Positions 9,756-19,418 of a DNA stretch of 64,000 nucleotides are shown here, in pieces. The notes under the pieces are model-generated. The model saw nothing but the letters and a program-made list of their open reading frames with translations. It ran no database searches and was not told the DNA's origin. Each line of letters starts with the position of its first letter. Position 1 is the first letter of the stretch. A program made the translations under genes and the position numbers. The stretch is from Collinsella aerofaciens (GTDB taxonomy: Bacteria; Actinomycetota; Coriobacteriia; Coriobacteriales; Coriobacteriaceae): assembly GCA_048291645.1 (NCBI GenBank), contig DBEZXT010000099.1:129-64128 (forward strand). The letters run 5' to 3'.

Positions 9756-10301
9756 CTAGGCCAACACCCAGCTTGCAGTGGTAGACTTATCAAACATGTT
9801 GGCAAAATACAGTGCCTTCTTGATATCGCCATCAAAGTAGATATTGCCCGCCACAGAGCCACCAGCGGCAAGGGTACCAGACTGCAGCTCATCGGAGCCC
9901 TCGCTGTAGTAACCCTGATTCTGCTGAGCGCCGTTGGCGTCCTCGCCCTTCCAGTCGTAGATGTTGTAATCTGCGCCCTCATCACCATTGTTGACGTACG
10001 TGACGTGAATGCCCGTCATGGTCGAACCGTCATAATTTGTGAGGCCGGGCTGGACGGAATCGACAACGACGGAAAGACCGGCAGCCGTGGTCACCGTCGC
10101 ACCAACCGCCAGGTCAGTCGTAGACTGCTCTTCCTTCTTCGCCTCTTCCTTCTTGTCGCCATCGCCAGCGTCCTCGGTGACGGTCGCCTTATCGCTACCA
10201 CAACCGGTAAGAAGACCGGCAGTCCCCAAGGCGACGGTGGCGAATGCGCCCAGTGCAGCGCGACGGCTCAGCAGCACTTCGTTTTCAAGCTTTTTCATCA
10301 T
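9756..10301 (-). CDS. Lipoprotein with Tat-like signal (DUF4352-like domain)
   Basis: SRRAALG twin-arginine motif, LTGC lipobox, L.SG.LA.GG...G.I.F motif. Confidence 0.7.
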   Translation of the reverse strand: MMKKLENEVLLSRRAALGAFATVALGTAGLLTGCGSDKATVTEDAGDGDKKEEAKKEEQSTTDLAVGATVTTAAGLSVVVDSVQPGLTNYDGSTMTGIHVTYVNNGDEGADYNIYDWKGEDANGAQQNQGYYSEGSDELQSGTLAAGGSVAGNIYFDGDIKKALYFANMFDKSTTASWVLA

Positions 10302-10462
10302 GCATCCTTCCTACGATCCGGCTACCGTGCCGGCACACAGCACATCGTAGGAAGGATTAAACTTGAATTCATTAGCTGAGAGCTAAGGCTGCGGTAAACG
10401 GCCAATGCAGTTATCCAAACGCCGAGCAAACGCACTTTGCGCAACCGTCTGCTGGCAGTGCA

Positions 10463-10786
10463 TCAACCCACCGTGACGGATTCCCCGGTAAAGGTGCTCA
10501 CAAGCAACAGGATAAAGAAGGCCAAATAGCTGATGCTCAGCAGGTAGGCGATGACCAAAAAGGCAATCCATCCTACATTGGTCTTACCGTCGGCGCGGCG
10601 CTGCTCACGACTGCGATAAAGCCAAATCGTCACGCCGATAGCAGTGATAAACAGTACGAGTGCCGCCGTAGCCAGCCCAGCAAGCACAAACATCACGCCA
10701 ATGCCCACAGCGATGACCGGAAGCAGCAGCAAACCGCACCCGCATCCACCCGGACTATATACGGCAGACTGTCGGCGTCGCCTCAT
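10463..10786 (-). CDS. Small membrane protein
   Basis: ~107 aa with hydrophobic helices. Confidence 0.6.
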   Translation of the reverse strand: MRRRRQSAVYSPGGCGCGLLLLPVIAVGIGVMFVLAGLATAALVLFITAIGVTIWLYRSREQRRADGKTNVGWIAFLVIAYLLSISYLAFFILLLVSTFTGESVTVG

Positions 10787-10815
10787 CGCCGCGCCACCCC
10801 CATCATCTTTGAGCA

Positions 10816-11157
10816 CTACAGTGCGATAGCCTGCTGAACAGGAACGATCTTGTCGAGTTCCGGTTCGATCCGCCTTTTCTCGGCCTCAAGGTCAAACGCC
10901 ACCTGAGCGCGCAGCCAATAACCATCCGTCAGGCCAAAATAACGGCAAAGACGGAGGTCGGTGTCGGCCGTCACGCGACGTTTTCCCAAGACAATCTGCC
11001 CGATACGCTGAGCCGGAATCCCAGTCTCTTTCGCAAGGCGATATTGAGAAATGCCCATGGGAACAAGAAACTCCTCTTTGAGAAGCTCACCAGGAGTCAC
11101 CGGCGACAGCAAATCGGCCGAAGTCTCATCACTTGTGATAATCGACGATTTCGACAT
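10816..11157 (-). CDS. higA: HigA family antitoxin
   Basis: PVTPGELLKEEFL..GISQYRLAK...TADTDLRL..YFG...YWL..Q. Confidence 0.92.
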   Translation of the reverse strand: MSKSSIITSDETSADLLSPVTPGELLKEEFLVPMGISQYRLAKETGIPAQRIGQIVLGKRRVTADTDLRLCRYFGLTDGYWLRAQVAFDLEAEKRRIEPELDKIVPVQQAIAL

Positions 11158-11410
11158 TCCAAGCCATCTCCTGTCTCCACTCAAAACAGACCCGATAGCG
11201 CTCGTTAACACGGATGCTATATTGACCGGCACGATCGCCCTTCAAAGCTTCCAGGCGGTTGCCCGGTGGAACGCGAAGATCATCAAGCGAAGCACAAACC
11301 TGCAGTTGGCGAATCTTCCTCAACGCAACACGCTCAAAGGGCACGAACCTCCTGACCCGCACACCCATGGCAAAGCGTTCGGTATCCTCATCTTTATACG
11401 ATGCAATCAT
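11129..11410 (-). CDS. higB: HigB (RelE/ParE family) toxin
   Basis: DLRVPPGNRLEALKGDRAGQYSIRVN..YRVCF...VEIVDYH. Confidence 0.92.
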   Translation of the reverse strand: MIASYKDEDTERFAMGVRVRRFVPFERVALRKIRQLQVCASLDDLRVPPGNRLEALKGDRAGQYSIRVNERYRVCFEWRQEMAWNVEIVDYHK

Positions 11411-11421
11411 AGTATCGCCTT

Positions 11422-11482
11422 ACGTTAGTAACGTCAAACGTTTCTATAGACTTACATCTCTATTATATCGTACGTTTGTTCG
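11422..11482 (-). promoter_or_regulatory. higBA promoter region: ACGTTA-G-TAACGT palindrome and LexA-like box
   Basis: Palindrome 11422-11434; TATAAT on minus strand at 11462-11467; CGAAC-aaac-GTACG at 11469-11482. Confidence 0.45.
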
Positions 11483-11512
11483 TATTTTCTAGAACAAATA
11501 GTCCTTTGCGCC

Positions 11513-12700
11513 TTAGTCAAGCAAAAGCAATCGTTTGTAGACATCGAGGCCTTTGAGAAGGATTTCCTCGTCGAAGAGCATGCTATCGGTATGCAGAGCG
11601 CTTGTGGCATAGGCGGGACAGCCATCCGAATCACTCGGGTTGTCTTGGTCCTCTGGCATACCCGTGCCCAGCAGGAAAAACACGCCCGGCAAATGGCGCT
11701 GATAGAACGCGAAATCCTCGGCAATTAACAGCGGCTCCTCCATAAGCTGCAGCCCGGGCAAGGCAGGCGCGACGCTGGCAAATAGCTCGGGGTCGTTGTC
11801 GACCGGCGGATAGCCCTCGGCAAAGTCGAGATCGTACGTGCAGCCCGTTGCAGCGCAGGCATCGTCCAGCACGCGGCGCACGCCCTCGCGTGCCCGGTCG
11901 AACATGTCGTCTGTAAACACACGCAGGCTGCCGGCAACATGGGCCTCCCCCGCCACCGCATTGCAGACGGTGCCTGCCTGCAGCAGGCCGAACTTGCCAA
12001 TGCAGGGCTCATCGGCACCCAGCTCATCCATCAGTTCGCGCTCGGCAACCAAGAACTTGGCAGCCGCCAGCGCCGCATCGTGCGACTCCTCGACCGGAAC
12101 GCCATAGGTCTTAGCAATATGGATGCTCGTCCCGTGAATATGAATGTGTGTCTCACTCGAACGCGCCAGCAACGGACCGGAGCAGCTCGCCAACGTGCCG
12201 GCGGGCAGATCGGGCCACACATGGAAGCCAAAAATGCGGTCGGCCCCATAGCGCTCGAACACACCGCTCTCGCATACCGTCTTGGCACCACCGGTCGTTT
12301 CCTCGGCCGGCTGGAACACAAAGAGAACATTGCGCCTAATGGCGCCCGGATGCTCGCGAATCGTACGGTCGACATACGTCGCGGCGGCAAGCGCCATGGC
12401 CATGTGTCCGTCATGTCCGCAAGCGTGCATCTTGCCGGGATGGGTTGAGGCAAAGGCCGCTCCCGTCGCTTCCGCGATGGGCAGCGCATCCATATCGGCG
12501 CGAATCGCCGTGGCATGCGCGGCATCAACGCCGGCGTCGAAGAAAGCACAGACGCAGCTGGGGCACGGATGGGTCACTTCGCAGGTGAGCGGTGCCAGCA
12601 CGCCCTCGATATAGGCGATAGTCTGCGGAAGATCGAAATCGAGCTCCGGAATGCGATGGAGATCGCGGCGATAGCGACGGAGTTCTTGGAGCTCGGTCAT
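11513..12700 (-). CDS. M20 amidohydrolase, likely N-acetyl-diaminopimelate deacetylase
   Basis: RRDLHRIPE, RADMDALP, MHACGHDGH, FQPAEE; divergent from the dap operon. Confidence 0.8.
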   Translation of the reverse strand: MTELQELRRYRRDLHRIPELDFDLPQTIAYIEGVLAPLTCEVTHPCPSCVCAFFDAGVDAAHATAIRADMDALPIAEATGAAFASTHPGKMHACGHDGHMAMALAAATYVDRTIREHPGAIRRNVLFVFQPAEETTGGAKTVCESGVFERYGADRIFGFHVWPDLPAGTLASCSGPLLARSSETHIHIHGTSIHIAKTYGVPVEESHDAALAAAKFLVAERELMDELGADEPCIGKFGLLQAGTVCNAVAGEAHVAGSLRVFTDDMFDRAREGVRRVLDDACAATGCTYDLDFAEGYPPVDNDPELFASVAPALPGLQLMEEPLLIAEDFAFYQRHLPGVFFLLGTGMPEDQDNPSDSDGCPAYATSALHTDSMLFDEEILLKGLDVYKRLLLLD

Positions 12701-12850
12701 AGAGAATCCCTTCGTGAGGCACATCTGTTGCAACTTATTGTGATACAGGATTGTGGCACACATGTTTCCAGCATATTGCTGCATTTTTTAAACGTTATAT
12801 ACGAATACTCTTGTTTGGTAAAGTGCAACGTGATAGGGTCTTTACCACTT

Positions 12851-13008
12851 GATAGAGGCGCGGGCACGAAGAGCCGCGGGCGAGCCGGCAGGCTTTGACC
12901 CCGTGGGGAGGCGAAACCCGCCGAACTGGGTTTTTCGGGCACGAACAACCTGGTGGGCCTGTGGGAAACACCCACAGGACTGTCTGCAGCAATGCGGGAG
13001 CGCTATCC
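12851..13008 (+). ncRNA. Lysine riboswitch (L-box)
   Basis: GATAGAGGCGC...GCCGAA...TGGGCCTGTGGG/CCCACAGG ACTGTC...GAGCGCTATC, upstream of lysA. Confidence 0.88.
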
Positions 13009-13078
13009 GGACATTGGGTCCACGCTATGCGGATTCGATGCGCAGATGGCGCCGTCTGGATAGCGAGGTTTACGGGAC

Positions 13079-15388
13079 ATGGCATTGACCCCCAACGAGG
13101 CATATGCGGCCAAGCAGCCGTTTGTGGACAAGGAGACACTCGAGCATATCGTCGAGCAGTTCCCCACGCCGTTTCATCTATACGACGAGGCAGGCATCCG
13201 CCGCAACATGCAAGAAGTGAGCGACGCCTTTGCATGGAACCCGGGCTTTAAGGAATACTTTGCCGTCAAGGCCAACCCCAACCCGGCGCTCATCTCCATT
13301 CTCAACGAATACGGCTGCGGCTGCGATTGCTCGAGCTATACCGAGCTCATGATCGCCCGCTCACTGGGTATCACGGGACACGACATCATGTTCTCTTCCA
13401 ACGACACGCCGGCTGCCGACTTTGAGCTCGCCGACAAGCTGGGTGCCATCGTCAACTTTGACGACATCAGCCACATCGAGTTCTTTGAGCGCGTTGCGGG
13501 GCCCATCCCCAAGACGGTCAGCTGCCGCTTTAATCCAGGCGGTCTGTTCCAGCTCTCCAACGGCATCATGGACAACCCGGGCGACTCCAAATATGGCATG
13601 ACCACCGAGCAGCTCTTCGAGGCCTTCCGCATGCTCAAGGCCAAGGGCGCCGAGGACTTTGGCATCCACGCATTCCTTGCCAGCAACACTGTCACCAACG
13701 ACTACTACCCCAAGCTCGCGCGCATCCTCTTTGAGCTTGCCGTACGCCTGGAGCGCGAGACCGGCGCACACGTCGCCTTCATCAATCTGTCCGGCGGCGT
13801 CGGCATCCCCTACCTGCCCGAGCAGCAGGCCAACGACATTCGCGCCATCGGCGAGGGAGTACACGCGGCATACGACGAGATCCTGGTTCCTGCCGGCATG
13901 GGCGATGTGGCGATCTGCACCGAGATGGGTCGCTTTATGATGGGCCCCTACGGATGCCTGGTCACCAAGGCCATCCACGAGAAGCAGATCTACAAGGACT
14001 ATATCGGCGTGGACGCAAGCGCCGTCGATCTGATTCGTCCTGCCATGTATGGCGCTTACCACCACATTACGGTGATGGGCCAGCCGGGTGGCGACGACAA
14101 GACCACAGCGCCCGTCACGGACACCTACGACATCACGGGCAATCTGTGCGAGAACAACGACAAGTTCGCCATCGACCGCGAGCTGCCGCATATCGACATG
14201 GGCGACCTGCTTGTGATCCACGATACCGGCGCGCATGGCTACTCCATGGGCTACAACTACAATGGACGCCTGCGCTCCGCCGAGGTCCTGTTGCGCCCCG
14301 ATGGCTCGGCCGACCTCATCCGCCGCGCCGAGCGCCCAGGCGATTACTTTGCCACGCTCGACGTGCTGCCGAGCGGCCGAGAGCTGCTGGCCAAGTCGCG
14401 CGCCGAAAGCGCCCGCCGTCGCGCCCAAGACGAGCGCCTGACAGTCGCCGCCCAATGGAACAAACGCATCCAGATCGCGGACGCGAAGGAGAAGAACATG
14501 GACATCCGCAATCTCGAGGGCTCAGTCGTCGCCCTCGTCACGCCGTTTAAAAAGGATGGCAGTGTCGACTTTGACGCACTCGAGCGCCTTATCGATTTCC
14601 ACCTGCAAAACGGCACCGACGCCATCCTCGCCCTGGGCACCACCGGCGAGAGTGCCACGATGACCGATGACGAGGACAACTCCGTCGTCGCCGCCGTGGT
14701 CAAGCATGTTGCAGGACGCGTCCCCGTCATTGCCGGCTCGGGCTCCAACTCCACGCAGACCATGCTCACCAAGTCGCTTACTTACCAGGGCTTGGGAGCC
14801 GACGGCCTGCTGCTCATTACCCCCTACTACAACAAGTCCAACGAAGAGGGTATCTATCAGCACTTTAAGACCGTCGCCGATGCCGTGGACATCCCCTGCA
14901 TCCTGTACCACATCCCCGGCCGCTGCGGCTGCGGCATCAGCGAGCGCAACGTAGAACGCCTGGCCGCACATCCCAACATCATGGGTATTAAGGAAGCCTC
15001 GGGCAACGTCGCCCACGCGGCCAAGATTGCCCACCTGCTGTCCGACGACTTCCGCATGTACTCGGGTGAGGATGCCCTCACCGTGCCGCTCATGAGCCTG
15101 GGCGCCTCGGGCACCATCAGCGTGTGGGCCGACGTTCAGCCGCAGCTCGTGCACGATATGTGCCGCGCCTATCTGGACGGCGACGTGGAGCGCGCCCGCG
15201 ATATCCAGATTGCCGGTCAGCCGCTCATCAATGCCCTCTTTAGCGAGGTCAACCCCATCCCCGTCAAGGAAGCGCTTGCTCAGATGGGTATGATCGAGGC
15301 AAACTACCGCATGCCTCTATGCCCCATGGCAGACGACACGCGCGCTGCACTTACCGATGCTCTGAAGGGAGCTGGTCTGCTTGATTAA
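13079..15388 (+). CDS. lysA-dapA: Fused diaminopimelate decarboxylase (LysA) and 4-hydroxy-tetrahydrodipicolinate synthase (DapA)
   Basis: FAVKANPN, SGG, E.GRF, GNLCENND and GAHG..M.YNYN, then ALVTPF, GTTGES, PYYNK and IKEASG in a single frame. Confidence 0.88.
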   Translation: MALTPNEAYAAKQPFVDKETLEHIVEQFPTPFHLYDEAGIRRNMQEVSDAFAWNPGFKEYFAVKANPNPALISILNEYGCGCDCSSYTELMIARSLGITGHDIMFSSNDTPAADFELADKLGAIVNFDDISHIEFFERVAGPIPKTVSCRFNPGGLFQLSNGIMDNPGDSKYGMTTEQLFEAFRMLKAKGAEDFGIHAFLASNTVTNDYYPKLARILFELAVRLERETGAHVAFINLSGGVGIPYLPEQQANDIRAIGEGVHAAYDEILVPAGMGDVAICTEMGRFMMGPYGCLVTKAIHEKQIYKDYIGVDASAVDLIRPAMYGAYHHITVMGQPGGDDKTTAPVTDTYDITGNLCENNDKFAIDRELPHIDMGDLLVIHDTGAHGYSMGYNYNGRLRSAEVLLRPDGSADLIRRAERPGDYFATLDVLPSGRELLAKSRAESARRRAQDERLTVAAQWNKRIQIADAKEKNMDIRNLEGSVVALVTPFKKDGSVDFDALERLIDFHLQNGTDAILALGTTGESATMTDDEDNSVVAAVVKHVAGRVPVIAGSGSNSTQTMLTKSLTYQGLGADGLLLITPYYNKSNEEGIYQHFKTVADAVDIPCILYHIPGRCGCGISERNVERLAAHPNIMGIKEASGNVAHAAKIAHLLSDDFRMYSGEDALTVPLMSLGASGTISVWADVQPQLVHDMCRAYLDGDVERARDIQIAGQPLINALFSEVNPIPVKEALAQMGMIEANYRMPLCPMADDTRAALTDALKGAGLLD

Positions 15389-16121
15389 GACTGTCATTAT
15401 GGGAACGGGCCGCATGGGCTCGCTCATCCGCACCACCGCCGAAAGCATTGTCGATGCCGCCGGGCAGCCCGTTTTTGATATCGTGGCCCAGATTGGCTTC
15501 GATTTGAGCGAGCTCGAGAACGCACCGGCTGCCGATGTGATTATCGACTTCTCGAACGCCGCGACCTTCGACGCTGTCGTCGCCTATGTCGAGCGCACGG
15601 GCGCGGCGTTGGTCTCAGGCACCACAGGCTACACCCCCGAGCAGATGGACCGCCTGCGTGAGCTGGGCCAGAACACCCGCGTTATGCACTCGGGCAATTA
15701 CTCCATCGGTATCGCAGCCCTGCGCCATCTGGTAGCGCAGGCTACACGCGAGCTGCCCGGCTTTGACTGCGAAATCGTCGAGACGCACCATAACCAAAAG
15801 GTCGATGCCCCCAGCGGCACAGCCAAGTTGCTGCTCGATGCCGTCGTCGAAGCCGAGCCCGAGGCAGGCTACCGCCCCGTCTATGGCCGCGAGGGCATGT
15901 GCGGAGCGCGCGACCCCAAGGAGATCGGCATGCACTCGCTGCGCGGTGGCACTGTCGCCGGCGTGCACGAAGTGAGTTTCTTTGGCCAGGACGAGGAAGT
16001 CACGCTCACGCATCGCGCCACGAGCCGTCAGATCTTCGTCAACGGCGCCCTGGCAGCCGCGCAGAAGCTCGTCACCCGTGAGCACGGCTTCTACACCTTC
16101 GACCAGGTGATGTTTGCCTAA
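15381..16121 (+). CDS. dapB: 4-hydroxy-tetrahydrodipicolinate reductase
   Basis: IDFS, SGTTG, ETHHNQKVDAPSGTA. Confidence 0.93.
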   Translation: MIKTVIMGTGRMGSLIRTTAESIVDAAGQPVFDIVAQIGFDLSELENAPAADVIIDFSNAATFDAVVAYVERTGAALVSGTTGYTPEQMDRLRELGQNTRVMHSGNYSIGIAALRHLVAQATRELPGFDCEIVETHHNQKVDAPSGTAKLLLDAVVEAEPEAGYRPVYGREGMCGARDPKEIGMHSLRGGTVAGVHEVSFFGQDEEVTLTHRATSRQIFVNGALAAAQKLVTREHGFYTFDQVMFA

Positions 16122-16160
16122 CCAGGTATCAACCGTATCCACGAAAAGGAGAAACAGCAT

Positions 16161-16880
16161 ATGAGTAACGCAGCCGAGATGGATGCCCAGGAGATTATCA
16201 ACTACATCGCCACCGCGCCCAAAAAGACACCTGTCAAGCTGTACGTGCGCGAGAAGCCCGGCATGAAGGTTGCCTGGGGCGACGCACATGTCTACGGCGG
16301 CCGTCGCGGCAAGACCGTCTTTGGCGACTGGGATGAGCTCAAGGCCATCCTCGATGCCAATGCCGACTCCATCGACTACTACGATGTCGAGAATGACTGC
16401 CGCAACTCTGCCGTGCCCATGCTCGACCTTAAGGGCATCAACGCCCGCATCGAGCCGGGCGCAATCATCCGTGACCGCGTCGAGATCGGCGATCGCGCCG
16501 TCATCATGATGGGTGCCATCATCAACATCGGCTCCGTCATTGGCGAAGGCTCCATGATTGATATGGGCGCCGTGCTGGGCGGCCGCGCCACCGTGGGCAA
16601 GAACTGCCACATCGGCGCTGGCACCGTGCTGGCAGGCGTTGTGGAGCCCGCCAGCGCCACGCCCGTCATCATCGAGGACGATGTCATGATCGGCGCCAAC
16701 GCCGTGGTCCTGGAGGGCGTGCACGTAGGCAAGGGCGCTGTCGTTGCCGCCGGCGCCGTGTGCGTCGAGGATGTCCCCGCCGGCGCCGTCGTGGCCGGTG
16801 TCCCCGCCCGCGTCATCAAGATGCGCGATGAGAAGACCGACAGCAAGACCGGCCTGGAAGAGGGCCTGCGCCAGCTTTAA
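16161..16880 (+). CDS. dapH: Tetrahydrodipicolinate N-acetyltransferase
   Basis: [27 protein letters not shown], hexapeptide repeats. Confidence 0.92.
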   Translation: MSNAAEMDAQEIINYIATAPKKTPVKLYVREKPGMKVAWGDAHVYGGRRGKTVFGDWDELKAILDANADSIDYYDVENDCRNSAVPMLDLKGINARIEPGAIIRDRVEIGDRAVIMMGAIINIGSVIGEGSMIDMGAVLGGRATVGKNCHIGAGTVLAGVVEPASATPVIIEDDVMIGANAVVLEGVHVGKGAVVAAGAVCVEDVPAGAVVAGVPARVIKMRDEKTDSKTGLEEGLRQL

Positions 16881-16952
16881 TAGTTACGCGGTTTTGACAA
16901 ACCGCGTTTTCGCTGACTTATGCTCAACCAGTAGCGTAATTCAGCCCCAAGT

Positions 16953-16996
16953 AAAAAGGCCGAAGCCCTCATCCGGGGCTTCGGCCTTTATTTTTT
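16953..16996. terminator. Bidirectional intrinsic terminator
   Basis: AAAGGCCGAAGCCC/GGGCTTCGGCCTTT hairpin with T tract. Confidence 0.8.
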
Positions 16997-17014
16997 GCAG
17001 CGTCCAAGCGCAGT

Positions 17015-18028
17015 TTATCGATTCTCAATTGACCCGATATTTTTGAGCTCGATGGAGATGAGGCCGTTAGGCTCATTGACGAACTCGATGTACTCGGAGT
17101 TGGAACCCATCTCGGCCGGGAAGCTGATCTCGATACCCGTGTCGGTACGGATCTTGTGATTGCGCACCGCCGCGCGTTCGACCTGCTTGCGCTCCACGGG
17201 CACACGCTCAGGCACCTTCTCCTCGGTCAGTGCCGCGCGCACGCTCTCCTTGATAACCGGTTCGTCCTCAAAGACCTCATCGACGATATCCCAAGGCGGC
17301 AGCTCCTCGTCATCCTCAACCTTCTCGGCAACGGCAGCCTTAACCTTAGCGAGCGCTACAGCCGTGTTGGCACCGTGCTCCTCGGCGACTTCCTCGACCA
17401 CACGCGTCACGGTGTCGATGACCTCCTTGCCCGATACGCCCGTGTCGCACTGCAACAGGCCGTCGGGAATGAGCATGCGATCCTCGCCGGCGATCTTGCG
17501 CTTCTTGTCCACATAGCCGATCTCCATGGTGCTTGCACGCACGATTGCATAGCTCGGCACCTTTTGCGAAGGGTTCGGCAGAATGGCATAGTGGCGCGCG
17601 ATGTCGTTACGCACCTCGCCCTCTTCGCGACCCACCTCGTGCATGAATGCCTGCTTAGAGCCCAGCAGCATCACGGCAAACCAGCGGGCATCCTCATCGT
17701 CGTCAAAATCGGCCACGAGCACGTCGGTGGACTCGGCTTTCTCGGCTTTGGTAAGCTCGGAGGAGATAAACTCCGCAATCTGCTGCGACAGGTCCACGAA
17801 CTCGCGCTCGCCAAAGAAATAGCCCTTGAGCTCGCCGCCAAACGCAGAGTTCTCGGCAAACGTGGCGCGTTTATTGTCGGCCGAGGTACGCGCGCGGCGC
17901 AGATGCGTGGTTACGAAATTGCGCACGGTACGGCTTTCGATATCCAACTCGCGCTGGCTCATAACGTTGACGGCAGAGTCAAAGTCCAGGATATGCAGAA
18001 TCGCGTGATTGATTTTCATATACGGCAT
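17015..18028 (-). CDS. Nucleoid-associated protein (YejK/NdpA family)
   Basis: INHAILHILD, ILPNPSQK, KIRTDTGIEI..P motifs; start may be ATG at 18019. Confidence 0.8.
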   Translation of the reverse strand: MPYMKINHAILHILDFDSAVNVMSQRELDIESRTVRNFVTTHLRRARTSADNKRATFAENSAFGGELKGYFFGEREFVDLSQQIAEFISSELTKAEKAESTDVLVADFDDDEDARWFAVMLLGSKQAFMHEVGREEGEVRNDIARHYAILPNPSQKVPSYAIVRASTMEIGYVDKKRKIAGEDRMLIPDGLLQCDTGVSGKEVIDTVTRVVEEVAEEHGANTAVALAKVKAAVAEKVEDDEELPPWDIVDEVFEDEPVIKESVRAALTEEKVPERVPVERKQVERAAVRNHKIRTDTGIEISFPAEMGSNSEYIEFVNEPNGLISIELKNIGSIENR

Positions 18029-18095
18029 TCCGTTCTAGATCGATTTCGGCACGAACCAGTATAGCGGTCGAGCCCACCCCAGGCGCATCGAAGAT

Positions 18096-18126
18096 TGGTG
18101 CATCGGGGACAGGTTGCTTTGCACCA
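18096..18126. repeat. 31-bp REP-like hairpin, copy A
   Basis: TGGTGCATCGGGGACAGGTTGCTTTGCACCA. Confidence 0.75.
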
Positions 18127-18130
18127 ATGG

Positions 18131-19291
18131 CTAGCGCAGGAGCTCGGACTGCCAAGCCTCGAGCTGTTCTGCCAAACTCTTGCCGGCAGCGGGCATGTCG
18201 ATCTGGGGTCGTTTGGGCAGCAGTGCGCATTTAAGGATTGCCGCGATGGCCTGCGAGACAAAGCGTCGTGTATCCTTGTCAAAGCCTTGCGCAGCCTGGA
18301 GCATCACGGGCAGGCTCTCGCGCAGATTCCCAGCGATATCAGCAAACCGCTCAGCACCCGTAGCCTCAAACACGGAGAACAACGCATCTACAAAACGCTC
18401 GCGCTCGCTAGGCGACACTGCAAGCAGCATCTCGCGAATGGAGCCATCAACGTACCGAGCGCCGGCGGACAGACGCTCGCAGTACACGAAGTCGCGACCA
18501 TCAACCACCCAGCTAAAGGGATTGTGCTGCAGCAGGCTGAACTCGGTGCTCTCAACGATGGCATAGTCCTCCTGTGTCTCGAACATCATGCCAAAGATCG
18601 ACGACCGAGGTAGCGTCTTGTCGATTCGACCGGAAAGATCGGCAAAGGCGTCGCCGTTCAGGAACTCCTCGACGAAGCCCGGACCATCATGGGAATATGC
18701 CCGTTCGATTCGCTCACGGGCGACATCGGAGCACATCGCCGCACCGTACACCGCAAGGTTTCCGCCCTTGGAATGACCTCCGCACAAAAGCGGCCCGTCA
18801 ATCGCATCCGCCGCCTCGTCCACATAACGCGCCGCGGATTCCTGGGCCGGCACAGGGCACCGGAACGCCATGTTAAAGTCCTCTTTCCAGCCCACAATCG
18901 TGCTGTCGGTCCCCCGGAAGGAAAGATAACTAAACCCCGCCGGAAACCGGAACGCCATGGCTGCAAACTGTTCTGTCGCCACCACATCGCTCACGGCACG
19001 ATAGCCGCAAACGTGCACGCCACGGTAACGAGGGCTTGCTGCCACGGCCTCCAACAGGGCCCTGCTGCCCTCCGGGTCCCACAAGTCGTCAATCATGTCC
19101 CGGTAGCACTCGGCACGCAGCAGCTCGCGTACATCTAGGCCCCGCCAGTTCGTCAGCTCCGCCATATCACCCGGCAGACGCAAATAGGATAACCACGCAA
19201 AGACCAGGCTATCCACCGCGCAGAACGGCCGCTCCTCAAACGGATCAAACGCCGTCTGGGCATAGGTCAAAAAATTAGGCGAATCCGACAT
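18131..19291 (-). CDS. DUF2974 / Mbeg1-like alpha/beta hydrolase
   Basis: FRGTD..IVGWKEDF, GHSKGGNLA nucleophile elbow, DGPGF. Confidence 0.88.
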   Translation of the reverse strand: MSDSPNFLTYAQTAFDPFEERPFCAVDSLVFAWLSYLRLPGDMAELTNWRGLDVRELLRAECYRDMIDDLWDPEGSRALLEAVAASPRYRGVHVCGYRAVSDVVATEQFAAMAFRFPAGFSYLSFRGTDSTIVGWKEDFNMAFRCPVPAQESAARYVDEAADAIDGPLLCGGHSKGGNLAVYGAAMCSDVARERIERAYSHDGPGFVEEFLNGDAFADLSGRIDKTLPRSSIFGMMFETQEDYAIVESTEFSLLQHNPFSWVVDGRDFVYCERLSAGARYVDGSIREMLLAVSPSERERFVDALFSVFEATGAERFADIAGNLRESLPVMLQAAQGFDKDTRRFVSQAIAAILKCALLPKRPQIDMPAAGKSLAEQLEAWQSELLR

Positions 19292-19321
19292 GGCCCTCCT
19301 ATCAACTATGGTGCATTAGGA

Positions 19322-19352
19322 TGGTGCATTGGGGTCAGGTTACTTTGCACCA
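19322..19352. repeat. 31-bp REP-like hairpin, copy B
   Basis: TGGTGCATTGGGGTCAGGTTACTTTGCACCA, direct repeat of 18096-18126 with 3 mismatches. Confidence 0.75.
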
Positions 19353-19418
19353 AAAAGGCGCCCGGGCCGTGTGGACCCGGACGCCTTCATTGTAGCTTTT
19401 CGCTCTAGCGAGCTTGAT

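Noticed and set aside
11409..11437. TTGACG-N17-TACTAT promoter on the minus strand
   Set aside because: Its -10 overlaps the higB start codon, so it cannot drive full-length HigB; left uncalled
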